Of a DNA stretch of 64,000 bases, positions 53,952 through 64,000 are shown one piece after another (positions within the stretch are counted from its first letter, which is position 1; every line of letters begins with the position of its first letter). The stretch is taken from positions 96,001 through 160,000 of the forward strand of contig CBDCNP010000001.1 of assembly GCA_965219415.1 (NCBI GenBank), in the 5' to 3' direction. The position numbers were made by a program, and so were the translations under genes. The notes under the pieces are model-generated. The model had not been told where the DNA came from. It did not search any database and saw nothing but the letters and a program-made list of their open reading frames with translations. Source of the stretch: Candidatus Marinacidobacterales bacterium (GTDB lineage: Bacteria; Acidobacteriota; Vicinamibacteria; Marinacidobacterales; DATDRI01).

Positions 53952-54097
53952 AACTTCTCGACCTCCCTAGGGATCGACTCGCGACAAGCCGATTCGGGCC
54001 CAATCGTAGCACGCGCCCTTATTGGAGCTGTGCCCGGACCAAACTTGGGGGAGGGAACGCCGAATGCCGAAGTTGGATTAACGAGGTAGGCTTTGGG

Positions 54098-54565
54098 CTA
54101 CCAGACGATCCGATTGGGCCTCATTCCTCCGCAGCCGTTATTCGCGAAGGACCTGCCGCATCCGCCGGTGTAGCAAGTGTCACCGCTGAAACCGTCCGGG
54201 TTCACGAAACTGGTCCACTTGATAACGGCTGCACGCACCGCCGGTGCGTCGAAGCCACGCTCCGCAATAAGGTGGTGGGATAAGCCCCAGACGGTCCGAG
54301 AAAGGTTGCAGACGCAGCAGCAGGTGTACGCCGAGTTGTTCGTGCAACACGCGGCGGGGAGACTGGAGAGCGCTTCCCTCTTTACGGCTTCTTGCTCGGG
54401 GGTGAGCTCGATGGTCTGGAAGTAGCCCATAAACTCCTTGGTGTGTTTGCGGGCGTCGGTGAACTCGACTTCGTCGCGCTCCTCGTTCCGAGCCTGAGAA
54501 CTACCCATGGCGACTAGCACCAACAGCGAGCTCGCGAGCAAAACCCGTAGCAATCCGAACTTCAT
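54098..54565 (-). CDS. Cys-rich secreted hypothetical protein
   Basis: Signal peptide; CC...CCCVC...CYTGGC...GCGG (9 Cys). Confidence 0.72.
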   Translation of the reverse strand: MKFGLLRVLLASSLLVLVAMGSSQARNEERDEVEFTDARKHTKEFMGYFQTIELTPEQEAVKREALSSLPAACCTNNSAYTCCCVCNLSRTVWGLSHHLIAERGFDAPAVRAAVIKWTSFVNPDGFSGDTCYTGGCGRSFANNGCGGMRPNRIVW

Positions 54566-54744
54566 CGACTTTTTCCTTTCCTTCAGGGAAGTTATCTAGG
54601 TATTGTCGCACGAAACGGCGACGACGCCCAACTCCTCCCTTGACGTAACCCCAGGCTTCCCCCCCCATGAGTTTTTTGGGCTAAGATACGCGGCTCGAAA
54701 CCGAGACTCGAATACTCTTAGCACTCTTAGCAGGGAGAAATAGG

Positions 54745-55902
54745 TTGAAGCTCACGATCAGAAATATTTCCTCGTTTGCCCTAATTGCCTTCTTATATGT
54801 CAGTTGCGGAGATGACACTCCCACGGGGCCTACACCCAGCACCTCGCCCGCACCCACGGGGAGCGACGGCGCCCTGTCCGGCCCGATCGGGGCCCTTGCG
54901 CTGCAACCGCTAACCACCATCGCAGAGATCATCGAGGACTTCGATAATCTCCGCAAGACCGAAGTCACCATACAGGGACGCGTGACCGAGCAGCTTGCGA
55001 ACGGCGATTACCTGATTACGGACGGCACCGGGTCGATCCCTGGGGATTTCAGCGACACACCCCCACCACCCCTGAACACCCAGCTCCGTTTCATCGGTCA
55101 GGTGATCAATGGTGGCGCCAATTTCCCAGCCAAGATCGATGTCGCCTATTGGGATGACCTGAAGAATTTCAACTGCGACATTCTCACCGACGCTCGGCTT
55201 CGTTTCACCGACCCCGGCTTCAAGCTGGGGAACATCGTGGGAGCCTATTTGAAGTATTCAGGGGTGCCGGCGGGAGAAAAGATCTTAGAGATGATCTGGG
55301 ACGAGGGGAATCCGAGCGGAGACGTGGACAAGTTTCCAGTAGGCCAAGGACAGCCCCAAGGGGACGGGACGTTCTTGTTGGAAGGCATCGTGACGCACGA
55401 GTACCCGAACGTCACGAAAACAGAAACGAAAAAGGTTCGCGCGAATCTTACCATCGAGGGCGTTGATGGTCGATGCTCTCGCGTCAGAGACACAACCGTC
55501 AGTCCTGGCGACGGACCGGATAGTGCCGCGGGTGGGTCGCTGCGAGTGCAAGTCGACAATCCAGTGAAGTCCGGAGGCGAGTTCGAGGTCCGCGCAACGG
55601 TCAAGAACCTCGTCACGGTGCCGATTAGTGTCGACCTCTTGTTTAGAACGCCGAACGACTCGACGTACAACGCTCAAGCGCTGGCTCCCGATTGCAAGGG
55701 GATCAATGGCGATCTCATCGAGTGCACCATTGGGAAAATCGATCCCGGAGATGGTCTGTCGAAAGTCGTGACTTACGAGGCGCCTGAGGTATCGAAGGAC
55801 CGTGAGATCAAGGGCTCGGTGACGCTCGTGGTCGGGGAGTTCGCGCCGATCGTCAACTACTTCACCGTGGTCGAAGTGCCAAAAGCCTCGCCGGCCAACT
55901 GA
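54745..55902 (+). CDS. Lipoprotein with OB-fold-like and Ig-like (DUF11-like) domains
   Basis: Lipobox YVSC; VTIQGRV...YLITDGTGSI OB-fold pattern; beta-rich C-terminus. Confidence 0.6.
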   Translation: MKLTIRNISSFALIAFLYVSCGDDTPTGPTPSTSPAPTGSDGALSGPIGALALQPLTTIAEIIEDFDNLRKTEVTIQGRVTEQLANGDYLITDGTGSIPGDFSDTPPPPLNTQLRFIGQVINGGANFPAKIDVAYWDDLKNFNCDILTDARLRFTDPGFKLGNIVGAYLKYSGVPAGEKILEMIWDEGNPSGDVDKFPVGQGQPQGDGTFLLEGIVTHEYPNVTKTETKKVRANLTIEGVDGRCSRVRDTTVSPGDGPDSAAGGSLRVQVDNPVKSGGEFEVRATVKNLVTVPISVDLLFRTPNDSTYNAQALAPDCKGINGDLIECTIGKIDPGDGLSKVVTYEAPEVSKDREIKGSVTLVVGEFAPIVNYFTVVEVPKASPAN

Positions 55903-56090
55903 TTCAACGAATTGAAGCGCGCGCCGAAGGGGGCGGGTCCGCCCGTCCCTCTAGGATGGCACGATCTGTCCACCTTCATGGACAAAGCGCTTGGGCTGGG
56001 CGCTTTAACCCCAACAACGGGTTGACCTACTCAGACGGTCAACCTGGCATCGGTGATGCATAGGGGTACCGACCAAAGGGGGTTTTAGCC

Positions 56091-56768
56091 ATGAGATGGG
56101 TTCTTTCGATCTGCCTGGTCCTCACATTCAGCGTCCAAGCCTCTGCCCAATTGTCTTTCAGCAAGGTCGAAGCGCGCACCGGTTTCGGCCTGGCCGAAGA
56201 GGGTGACAAGGGCAACCTGGTGCTGGACAACGACACGATCCGCCTCGTCAAGAAGAACGGGATGGAGTATTTCTCTCTTCCCACCGATGCGGTGACCGAT
56301 ATGTTCTATTCGCGCGTCTCGGGACGGCGGATCAAGACCGCGATCTTCGTGTCGCCGCTGCTGCTTCTCACCAAGGGTCGGAAGCACTACGTGACGATCA
56401 CGTTCGATGATCCTCAGGCGAGCGGGGCCGTCGAGCTCAAGCTCGACAAGAAAAACTATGTGGGCATCCTTCGGAGCCTGGAACAGGTGACGGGCATGTC
56501 CATGCAGTACGAACAAGAAGGCATCAAGGACACGGAACAAGGGGTCGCCGCCCGCAAGCGGGCGGTGCTCGACATCTCTTCCAACCCAGAAGGGGCCGAC
56601 ATCGAGATCAACGGTGGCTTCAAGGGGAACACGCCGGACATGACGAGCGTTCAGGCGGGCGAGTATACGGTCCGCGTGATTAAGGCGGGCTACGAGCCTT
56701 GGGAACGCCGCATCGTGCTCGATCCGGGGGAGAAAGTTAACATCCAGGCCGATCTAACAAGACAATAG
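56091..56768 (+). CDS. Secreted PEGA-domain protein
   Basis: ISSNPEGADIEING...G.TP...GEYTVRV.KAGY. Confidence 0.85.
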   Translation: MRWVLSICLVLTFSVQASAQLSFSKVEARTGFGLAEEGDKGNLVLDNDTIRLVKKNGMEYFSLPTDAVTDMFYSRVSGRRIKTAIFVSPLLLLTKGRKHYVTITFDDPQASGAVELKLDKKNYVGILRSLEQVTGMSMQYEQEGIKDTEQGVAARKRAVLDISSNPEGADIEINGGFKGNTPDMTSVQAGEYTVRVIKAGYEPWERRIVLDPGEKVNIQADLTRQ

Positions 56769-56810
56769 TTGGGAGTACCGGCCGCGTCGAGAGTGCGCGG
56801 CCGGCACAAC

Positions 56811-58103
56811 CTAGTGAGCCCGGATGTCGTAGCTGTACAGCCGGCCCTGCTCGCGCAAATAGAGGCGGCCCCCACTCACAACGGGGTGAGGCCAGCTGGG
56901 ATCATCCACGTCCGGGATTTCGAATGAACCACACTCCCGGTATTCCTCGGGCGTGGCGTCGATAAGTAGGACTAGGCCGTTTTGGTAGCGGAAATACAAA
57001 CGACCGTCGGCATAAGCAACGGCAGCCGAGTCGCGGCCTTCATTTCTTACCGGACCCCAGGCAACTTCTCCGGTCTCCAAGCGAACACTCAACGGATAGC
57101 CGCGATTGTGGCCGGTGCCGGTGTAGATGTATCCGTCGAGAAGAATGAGCCCTCCATGATGGTTTTGAAAGGTGTCAGCGGGGAGGAAGTACACCTCTTC
57201 GGCGCGGACCCCTTCGCCATTTCGCGACAGCTTCAAGAGTGCGGCGCCGGTTTGGTAGCCGGTCGACCCAAATACGTAATCACCGGTCACGATGGGAGTG
57301 GTGATGTTGGCGACCTCGTTGGCGATTCGGTTATAGCCCCATAGAAACTCGCCGTCCTCGGCGCGAATACCTACGAGGCCGCGTCCCATGAGCTGAACGT
57401 ACTGCTTCACACCAGCTCCGTGCGAGATCACAATCGAACTGTAGCCGGCGCCATCACTTCCCTGCTCACCGATTCCGGGCATCGATGCCCGCCAGATTTC
57501 TTCGCCACTTGTTTTGTCCAGTGCCACCATGACCGCGTTCGGCGCGCCCGGCGTCACGACGACGCGATTGCCATCGACGAGAGGTGATTCTGCGAATCGC
57601 CAGTTCACACCCCGGGCAATCATCATGAACCCACCGAAATCTTCCGCCACGTTACGTTGCCACACCACCTCGCCGCTATCCGCCTTCAAGCAGGCAAGGG
57701 TTCCTTCCGTGCCGTAGGCGTATACCCGGTCGCCATCGACCGTCGGCGTCGAGCGCGAGCCTGGATAGAAACGCGAGTCAGACCAGCTTTCGCCTATCGA
57801 GGTTTTCCAAAGGAGCGTCCCGTCATCATCGTTGATGGCAATTACGAATTGCTCATCGCCGAAGTCGCCCATGGTGAACACACGACCGTTGGCAACCGAG
57901 ACACTCGAGAAGCCGCGACCCAGACCCTCCGCCGTCCAGACACTTGGAGGACCACCCTCGGGCCACTCCTCGAGCAAGCCGCTCTCGGGCGATTTTCCAT
58001 CGCGATTCGGTCCGCGCCATTGGGGCCACTCTGCAAGAACGGAACCGGACAGGAACAGGCTAAGGCAGACGAGGAGGATGCCGCTCGGGATCCAACGCTT
58101 CAT
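56811..58103 (-). CDS. PQQ-repeat beta-propeller protein
   Basis: Signal peptide; WPQWRGPNRDG, STPTVDG, ALDKTSGEEIW. Confidence 0.88.
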   Translation of the reverse strand: MKRWIPSGILLVCLSLFLSGSVLAEWPQWRGPNRDGKSPESGLLEEWPEGGPPSVWTAEGLGRGFSSVSVANGRVFTMGDFGDEQFVIAINDDDGTLLWKTSIGESWSDSRFYPGSRSTPTVDGDRVYAYGTEGTLACLKADSGEVVWQRNVAEDFGGFMMIARGVNWRFAESPLVDGNRVVVTPGAPNAVMVALDKTSGEEIWRASMPGIGEQGSDGAGYSSIVISHGAGVKQYVQLMGRGLVGIRAEDGEFLWGYNRIANEVANITTPIVTGDYVFGSTGYQTGAALLKLSRNGEGVRAEEVYFLPADTFQNHHGGLILLDGYIYTGTGHNRGYPLSVRLETGEVAWGPVRNEGRDSAAVAYADGRLYFRYQNGLVLLIDATPEEYRECGSFEIPDVDDPSWPHPVVSGGRLYLREQGRLYSYDIRAH

Positions 58104-58190
58104 GTCGGGGTCTCCTTCGGATCTCCCATCACGGCACACGGATGTTAGCGCAGGCGGGGGCACTTCGAAAGGCTCAAGGAGCCTAGGGAC

Positions 58191-59766
58191 CTAGGCAGCC
58201 AACGTATTGAAGTAGGCGAGACAGCCGAGAATGGCGAGAAAGTAGACCGCCAAAAACACGTACCACGGTAGCCAGCGTCCGATTTCCAACCCGCTTTCAG
58301 ACAAGATATGGCCGGCGACTTTTTCCGGTGGCGCGGGCACGAAGGTGCTGACGATCCACGAAACGATGGCAGCGACCACGAATCCGAAAACGTTCCACCA
58401 CATCCAGAAGATGTGTGAAAAGGCAATGGCTACTATGAGGTTGACGCCAACACCCGCGATGACGCCGATCGTCATCCCCACCCCGCTGGCCCGCCTGGTC
58501 AGGACACCCATGATGAACGCGGCGAGGATGGGCCCATAGAAGAGTGACCCGATGGTGTTGATGCCCTCGATCACCGTGTCCGAGATTGAGCCGACGGCAA
58601 ACGCGAATGCCGTGATGACGACTCCCCATACGACCGTGGTCACCTTGCTCATCACGAAGAATTGGCGTTCTGGGAGCTCTCTTCCGCGTTCGATGAAATC
58701 GCGTACGGTCGCCGCGGAGAGCGAGTTGAGTCCGGAGTCGATGCTCGACATGGCGGCCGCTAAGATGGCGGCAATGACGACCGCGCGGACCCCTTGCGGA
58801 AGGTGTAGGAGAATGAGATTCGGAATGAGGGCATCTAACTGGTCATCGGGCACCGCGGCGCGGAGCTCGGCGGAGTGGAGGTAAAGGGCGCTGGCGGCGA
58901 TACCAAGAAGCACGTACCCGAGCGTGAACGGGAACCGCGCGATCCCGTTGAAGACCAGTGACCGTCGCGTATCATCGAGTGACTTGGCGGAAAGCTCTCG
59001 CTGTACTTGGCTCTGATCGACTCCGTAGTATGAGGCGTATAGAAAGAGGCCGCCGATCAAGAATCCCCAGAAGGGTGTCCCACTGTCGCCGAATCCGGTC
59101 CTCATGTCGAGCGCCCTCCATCGCTCGGCCGGAAACAAGCTGAAGACTTCTCCCAGACCGCCCACTCCCCCGGCGGCGACCCACACGCAGGCGATCACAC
59201 CGGCCAACAAGATCCCCATTTGGATGACGTCGGAGTAGACAACGGCGGTTATGCCGCCGATCGTGTCGTAGACAATGGTTGCGGCGCCGATGAGAAGAAT
59301 CGTTGCCCAGAGTGGTATCCCCATGCATATCGAGAGGACCAGCGAGGCAGCATAGATCGCAACCCCGGTTGCGAGACCCCGACTAATAAGGAAGACGCCG
59401 CTCAAGAACTGCCGGACCGATCTGCCGTATCTCAGCTCGAGGAACTCGTAGACGCTGATGAGCTCGAGCTTCCGGAAGAACGGAATGAGGAGCGCGATGA
59501 CGACGATCATCGCGAGGGGAACCGCGAGCTCGTACTGCAGCCAGGTCAGCCCGCCGCCTTCTCTGAGCGCCACGAAGGCCGGAATCGAGATGAAGCTGAT
59601 GGCGCTTGATTGAGTCGCCATGGTGGAAATGCCGACCGCCCACCAGGGTAGGTTGCGACCGCCGACGTAGTAATCGGCTTCGCTGGTTTGGCCTCGAGCA
59701 AGATAGACGCTGAGCGCAACCATCCCGGCGAGATAAAGGAAGATAATGATCCAGTCGAGAGGAGAC
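58191..59766 (-). CDS. Sodium:solute symporter (SSS); start apparently lost by deletion-fusion
   Basis: DYYVGGR.LPWW.VG.S, QSQVQR, AAAMSSIDS.LNS; no native ATG before SPLDW. Confidence 0.85.
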
Positions 59767-59991
59767 GGGTTCAGGCTCCGGCTCCTCAATGAATTCCACC
59801 GGCGGCGGGGCCGGCGCTTCAACCGGAGCAGGTTCAGGTGCGGAACGGTTCTTCCAGAAAAAGAAGTAGAAGCCGAGGGAGAACGCCAGTAAGCCGACAA
59901 TCGCGGCGATGGGCCAAAGTCCGGGACCCTGCGGCCCGGCGCCCCGTGGAAGCTCCTCCTGTTCGATTTCGACGTCGTCCCATTCACTCAT
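59765..59991 (-). pseudogene. N-terminus of a TM plus Pro/Glu-linker protein (DUF3014-like) fused out of frame to the SSS gene
   Basis: MSEWDD...TM...APEPAPVEAPAPPP. Confidence 0.55.
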
Positions 59992-60120
59992 ACGCAACCC
60001 ACACGCGCGCGCTCCCGGGCGGTTTCAGTATATTTCGGGACGGGAAGAGATTCCAGGCTATGGCTTGCTTCGTGCGCCTCGGCTATCTACCATGGGTGGA
60101 AGCTCGCCGGGGACACCTGC

Positions 60121-60185
60121 TACTTTTGGTTACGACTTGTCACATTATTGGATCCGACCCCTGTACTATTTTTGGATCTGACCCC
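60121..60185. repeat. Degenerate REP cluster related to 10725-10765
   Basis: Shared TACTTTTGGTTAC...GATCCGACCCC. Confidence 0.65.
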
Positions 60186-60707
60186 AATGATGGCGCGGCA
60201 GGGGAATCGGGAGTCCCAACCTCGCAGGGCCTCACCAAGAGGCCCCACCTCCCGGCTCTTCCCGCCAGGGTTCCCATAGGCAATTCCCAGGCCATGCGGG
60301 TCGATGCCGCGATCACCCCACAAGACAAGGACTTACGTGAGGCGCATGGCGCTGGGTGTAGAGCGTCGGCGTGGGGAAAGGTCTACGCCGAATCGGTAAA
60401 AGGCAACAGTCGACTTTAATGCTTGATTTTAGATGTCTTTTTCACGAACATGAGGGCCGGCGGTTCAGCCCCAAACCCTGAACGTGGGGACCGGGAGCAG
60501 AGCCTGTAAATTCGGCCCCGGTCTCCACCGCCTGTAGCAGACCCCTCCTGCGAGAAATTGCCCTAAGCCGTGGCTACCGAGATCGCCTTTTGGCTTTTCG
60601 GGAACAGGATGACCTTACGCCATTCGCTTCGGTGGCGTCAAGCCGGCGGCTGGCTTGGTAGTGTCCTAATTAGGACACTACCGCTGGCTTTGAGTAATGA
60701 TGGAGGG

Positions 60708-62118
60708 CTAGTGAACGCGCAGCTTCCGCTTCAGTTCTTCGCTGCCGGGGTCTAACTCGAGCGCGCGGGCGAACATCGTCCTCGCCCGGCTGGTCATTCC
60801 CGCTTCTTCGTAGAGCTCGCCGAGGCCCACCAGACAGTCCACGTCGAACGCGTCGATTTCGAGCGCCGCTTGAAAGTGCTCCTCGGATCTTCTTCTCCAC
60901 TTGAAGTTCTTTGCCAGTGCCTGAGCAAGGAGTTTGTGGTAAGACGGCTTGCCGGGATCGAAGCGGACGGCCTCTTCCATGAGCTCGATGGTCTCGTGGT
61001 AGTGCAAGTCACCGAAGTTGTCGTTTCGCCTCCCGATAATAGCGGGCGGCGATGTGCTCCACGGAGGATGGTGAAGTTTCTTTGGGTTTCTTGCGGAGGA
61101 ACTCCCTGGGCCTCAGATCCTCCCCGCGCACCGCTTCGGTACGCAACGAATTATCGAAACGACGGCGCTCGACGGCGTTCATGAGAGTCTTGTGGGCTTC
61201 GGTCAACTTCGACAAGATCTCTCCGAGATCGCCGCGAAGGTAGGAAAGTCGCGTCGAGCGAAGACGATCCGGATGGTATCTCTTGACCATCGTGAGATAC
61301 GCCTTTCGGATCTCTTCCTGCTTCCGTCTTTCCTTGGACCCGCGGAGACTACCGATTCAGCGAACACATCAGCCCGATTGCGGAAGACATCGCCCTGACC
61401 CTGCCGACCATTCCGGTGATCCTCGAAGGGGTCCGCCATATGGACGACCCCGAAGTGGTCCGACGCGCTCTGGGCGACCCGAAGAGCATGGTCAGCTATG
61501 CCAAGAACTTCTCGGTCGTTTCGCCGGACTTCACCTTGACTCCCGAGGAGAGCTTTGTTCTATCTCGCGTAGATGGTCAGTCGTCGACCGCGGACATATT
61601 GTCCATATCGCCGCTGGCCGAGGAGGAGACGCTTCGGTGCCTATATGCATTGGTTTGCGGGGGGTTCTTGGAGCTCGGGGGGAAGAAGCCACGAAGCGAG
61701 CGCAGGATGCGAGGACAACTGCCCGACTAGCCCTCGCAGGTAAGCATCGCTTTCACCGAGCGGCGGAAGCTCGATATCAGTAAATAATGGAAAGCACTTG
61801 CTCCGCCACCCTTACCTCCACCTCACTCTCGGTCATCAGCCCCATGTCGACGAAGGCCTCTCCCAGCCTCGTTCCCGTGTCTTTCACCTTCTGAGAGGCG
61901 AGCGCCAGATGCGAGTTCGTCATCTTCTTGCTCCGGACCAGGAACTCGCCCAATCTGTCACCGCGGTGGCTGGAGTTGGCGAAGATCATCGTGCCCTCGC
62001 CGAAGTAGATCCGCTTGCTGATTTTGTCCCGAGACAAGCTGAGGATCCCGGTGTCCCGAGAGTCGTTGATCGAGTGAATGATCTCGGGAAGGAAATCTTT
62101 GCTCAGGCTTCCCCGCAC
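60708..62118 (-). pseudogene. DUF4388 plus DnaJ plus TPR protein with internal inversion (about 61323-61779)
   Basis: VRGSL...DTGILSL...RLGEFL on -; middle domain on +; YHPD J-domain and TPR on -. Confidence 0.82.
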
Positions 62119-62402
62119 GAAACACCTCCTACGTCGTAACAAGACTTCTTCAAACCACCGCTCGTGAGGACGAGCCGGCACCATTGCGTTTTCGGGCAGA
62201 TGAGGTGTGTCTGATTCGATACGAAGCCGTCGCTATAAAGATTCATCGGAGTCGTTGCTCTGAAGTCATAGTAGGAGAATGACAGGGGAAGCGGTATACG
62301 TCGAAACACGGGGCTTTCCCGACATCAAACGTAGGGAAAACCCCATAGGGGGGTGGGAGAACAAAGGGCTCTCCGGCAGTTGCCGAAGAGCCCTAGATGG
62401 GT

Positions 62403-63812
62403 TTAGGGAGCTGGAGTCCCGAGCGGCCCCGGGAGGCGCACCGAAGCGATGCCACGCTTCCCTTTTCGCCGCGCCACGATCTGCCGAAGAGGAGTCTCGA
62501 AGAAGAACTCCTCCTCACCGAAGGCGGGCTCGAGCTGATCGAGCCAGGTAGCTCCGGGATCGAACCGGGCGAAGAAGGGCCGCCCGACCCAGCGTGGATC
62601 TCGTGCTTGGATGAACTTGAGGACGATCACCTTCTCTCCATGAACGGTCGCGATGCCGTCCACGATGACCTTGCCCGGAGTCGCGGACATCGACGGTCCT
62701 CGAACAGTCCGCGCGAGGCCAGAAACCTGCCGGTACGCGTCGTTGAAGATGTGAAACGCCTCGACGAGTGGAAGCTCGAAGTACTCCTTGGCACCGGTAT
62801 CCCGCTCCACGAACATGTAGTACGGAATCGCACCCAACCGTACTTGTTTGCGCCACATGGTGGCCCAAGTATCGGCGCTGTCATTGACCCGGCGAATCAA
62901 TGGTGCTTGGCAGCGAACCACCGCACCGGCGCTTCGGATCCGGCGCACCGCCTCCTCGGCGACCGGCGTGGAGAGCTCTTTCGGGTGGCTGTAGTGCGCC
63001 ATCACTCCGACGCTCCGCCCGCTTTCGCGGATCTCCTCGAACAGTGTGAGGAGCCCGTCCGCGTCCTGGTTGCCAGCGAATCGGTACGGCCAGTAAGCGG
63101 GTGCCTTGGTCCCGAAGCGGATGCTGACCAGACTCTCGAGAGAGCGATCGAGCAAAGGCTCCACGTACTTCCGGAGGACCTGAGTCTTCATGATCATCGG
63201 GTCGCCGCCCGTGAACAGGACGTTGGTGACCTCAGGATGCGCGTGCAGGTAACTCACCAGGGAATCGGCCTGGCGGGCCGCGAACTTGAGTTCGTCGATC
63301 CCAACGAACTGTGCCCAGCGGAAGCAGTACGTGCAGTAGGCGTGGCACGTTTGGCCCGCCGCCGGAAAGAAAAGCACCGTTTCGCCGTACTTGTGCTGCA
63401 GCCCAGAGATGGGCTCGCCATCGACACGCGGAACGTTGAGCTCCATTTGGCCGGCCGGATGAGGATTCAACGTCTGCTGAATCTCGCGGGCTGCGGCGTG
63501 GATCTCTTCTTCTGTGGCCCCACCCCGCACCAGGGCGAACATTCTTTCGAAGTCCTCCCTCCTCAGCATTTCCGGCTGGGGAAACGTCAGCTGATAAATC
63601 GGATCGTCGGGGATGTTCGACCAATCGATCAAGTCTTCGAGAACGTAATTGTTGACCCTGAACGGAAGGACCGCGGATACCGCCTTCATAGCGGTGACCT
63701 GAGATGGAGAGAGGCCCTCCAGTTGTGGGATCTCGTCGATATGTCTGCGTGTGAACACGCGGAACTGGCGATCCTCCAGGGCTTTGGCCTTCTGGGGGGC
63801 TGAGTCGTCCAA
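62403..63812 (-). CDS. KamA-family radical SAM protein (lysine 2,3-aminomutase-like)
   Basis: GLQHKY, CHAYCTYCFR, LFTGGDP, PYYMF. Confidence 0.92.
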   Translation of the reverse strand: MDDSAPQKAKALEDRQFRVFTRRHIDEIPQLEGLSPSQVTAMKAVSAVLPFRVNNYVLEDLIDWSNIPDDPIYQLTFPQPEMLRREDFERMFALVRGGATEEEIHAAAREIQQTLNPHPAGQMELNVPRVDGEPISGLQHKYGETVLFFPAAGQTCHAYCTYCFRWAQFVGIDELKFAARQADSLVSYLHAHPEVTNVLFTGGDPMIMKTQVLRKYVEPLLDRSLESLVSIRFGTKAPAYWPYRFAGNQDADGLLTLFEEIRESGRSVGVMAHYSHPKELSTPVAEEAVRRIRSAGAVVRCQAPLIRRVNDSADTWATMWRKQVRLGAIPYYMFVERDTGAKEYFELPLVEAFHIFNDAYRQVSGLARTVRGPSMSATPGKVIVDGIATVHGEKVIVLKFIQARDPRWVGRPFFARFDPGATWLDQLEPAFGEEEFFFETPLRQIVARRKGKRGIASVRLPGPLGTPAP

Positions 63813-64000
63813 TTTGCTTGCTTTCTTCTTGTTGATAACGCCCTCCTTTCGTTATTCCGATCCCGACACACCTACAGCGAAGCGCTTCCAGCGCAAGCCA
63901 TTGATGCGCACCTGCTGGAAGGGAATCTCCAGCTTTCAGAGCCCAGACGCCGGAACGCTCACCTCAAGCGCTGATGGCAGCCCTTCGAAAGGGTCGAGTC

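Noticed and set aside
52704-61779. The inversions as a shufflon or phase-variation system
   Set aside because: The two events have different short IRs, no invertase is seen, and both genes carry additional lesions.
62397-63803. 468-aa plus-strand ORF
   Set aside because: Antisense shadow of the KamA-family gene; no motifs; expected in GC-rich DNA.

Overview
GC-rich bacterial DNA. The gene families (Pkn-type kinases with WD40/PD40 tails, an Acidobacteria-type VWA domain, PQQ-repeat propellers) suggest Acidobacteriota; this is inference. A housekeeping block (recG-rsmD-coaD-aminotransferase, about 12-17 kb) is intact. Much of the accessory content is decayed, with frameshifts, nonsense codons, deletion-fusions, two internal inversions and six IS elements (1 IS5, 2 IS3, 3 IS256), all with readable target-site duplications. 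The main observation is a roughly 30 kb integrase-less array of cassette-like islets downstream of an initiator tRNA-fMet (20579-20655). Degenerate copies of the tRNA 3' half recur at about 25116, 33707 and 42034. The first two copies are each preceded by tandem 11-bp-period arm-like repeats about 105 bp away and by a conserved 33-bp inward-facing sigma70-like promoter. That promoter occurs five times in full and once in part, each time upstream of different minus-strand cargo. Two of the tRNA-derived cores are split by 47-50 bp hairpin elements with covarying stems, which may lock the islets in place. Coordinates were read by eye and may be off by a few bases.
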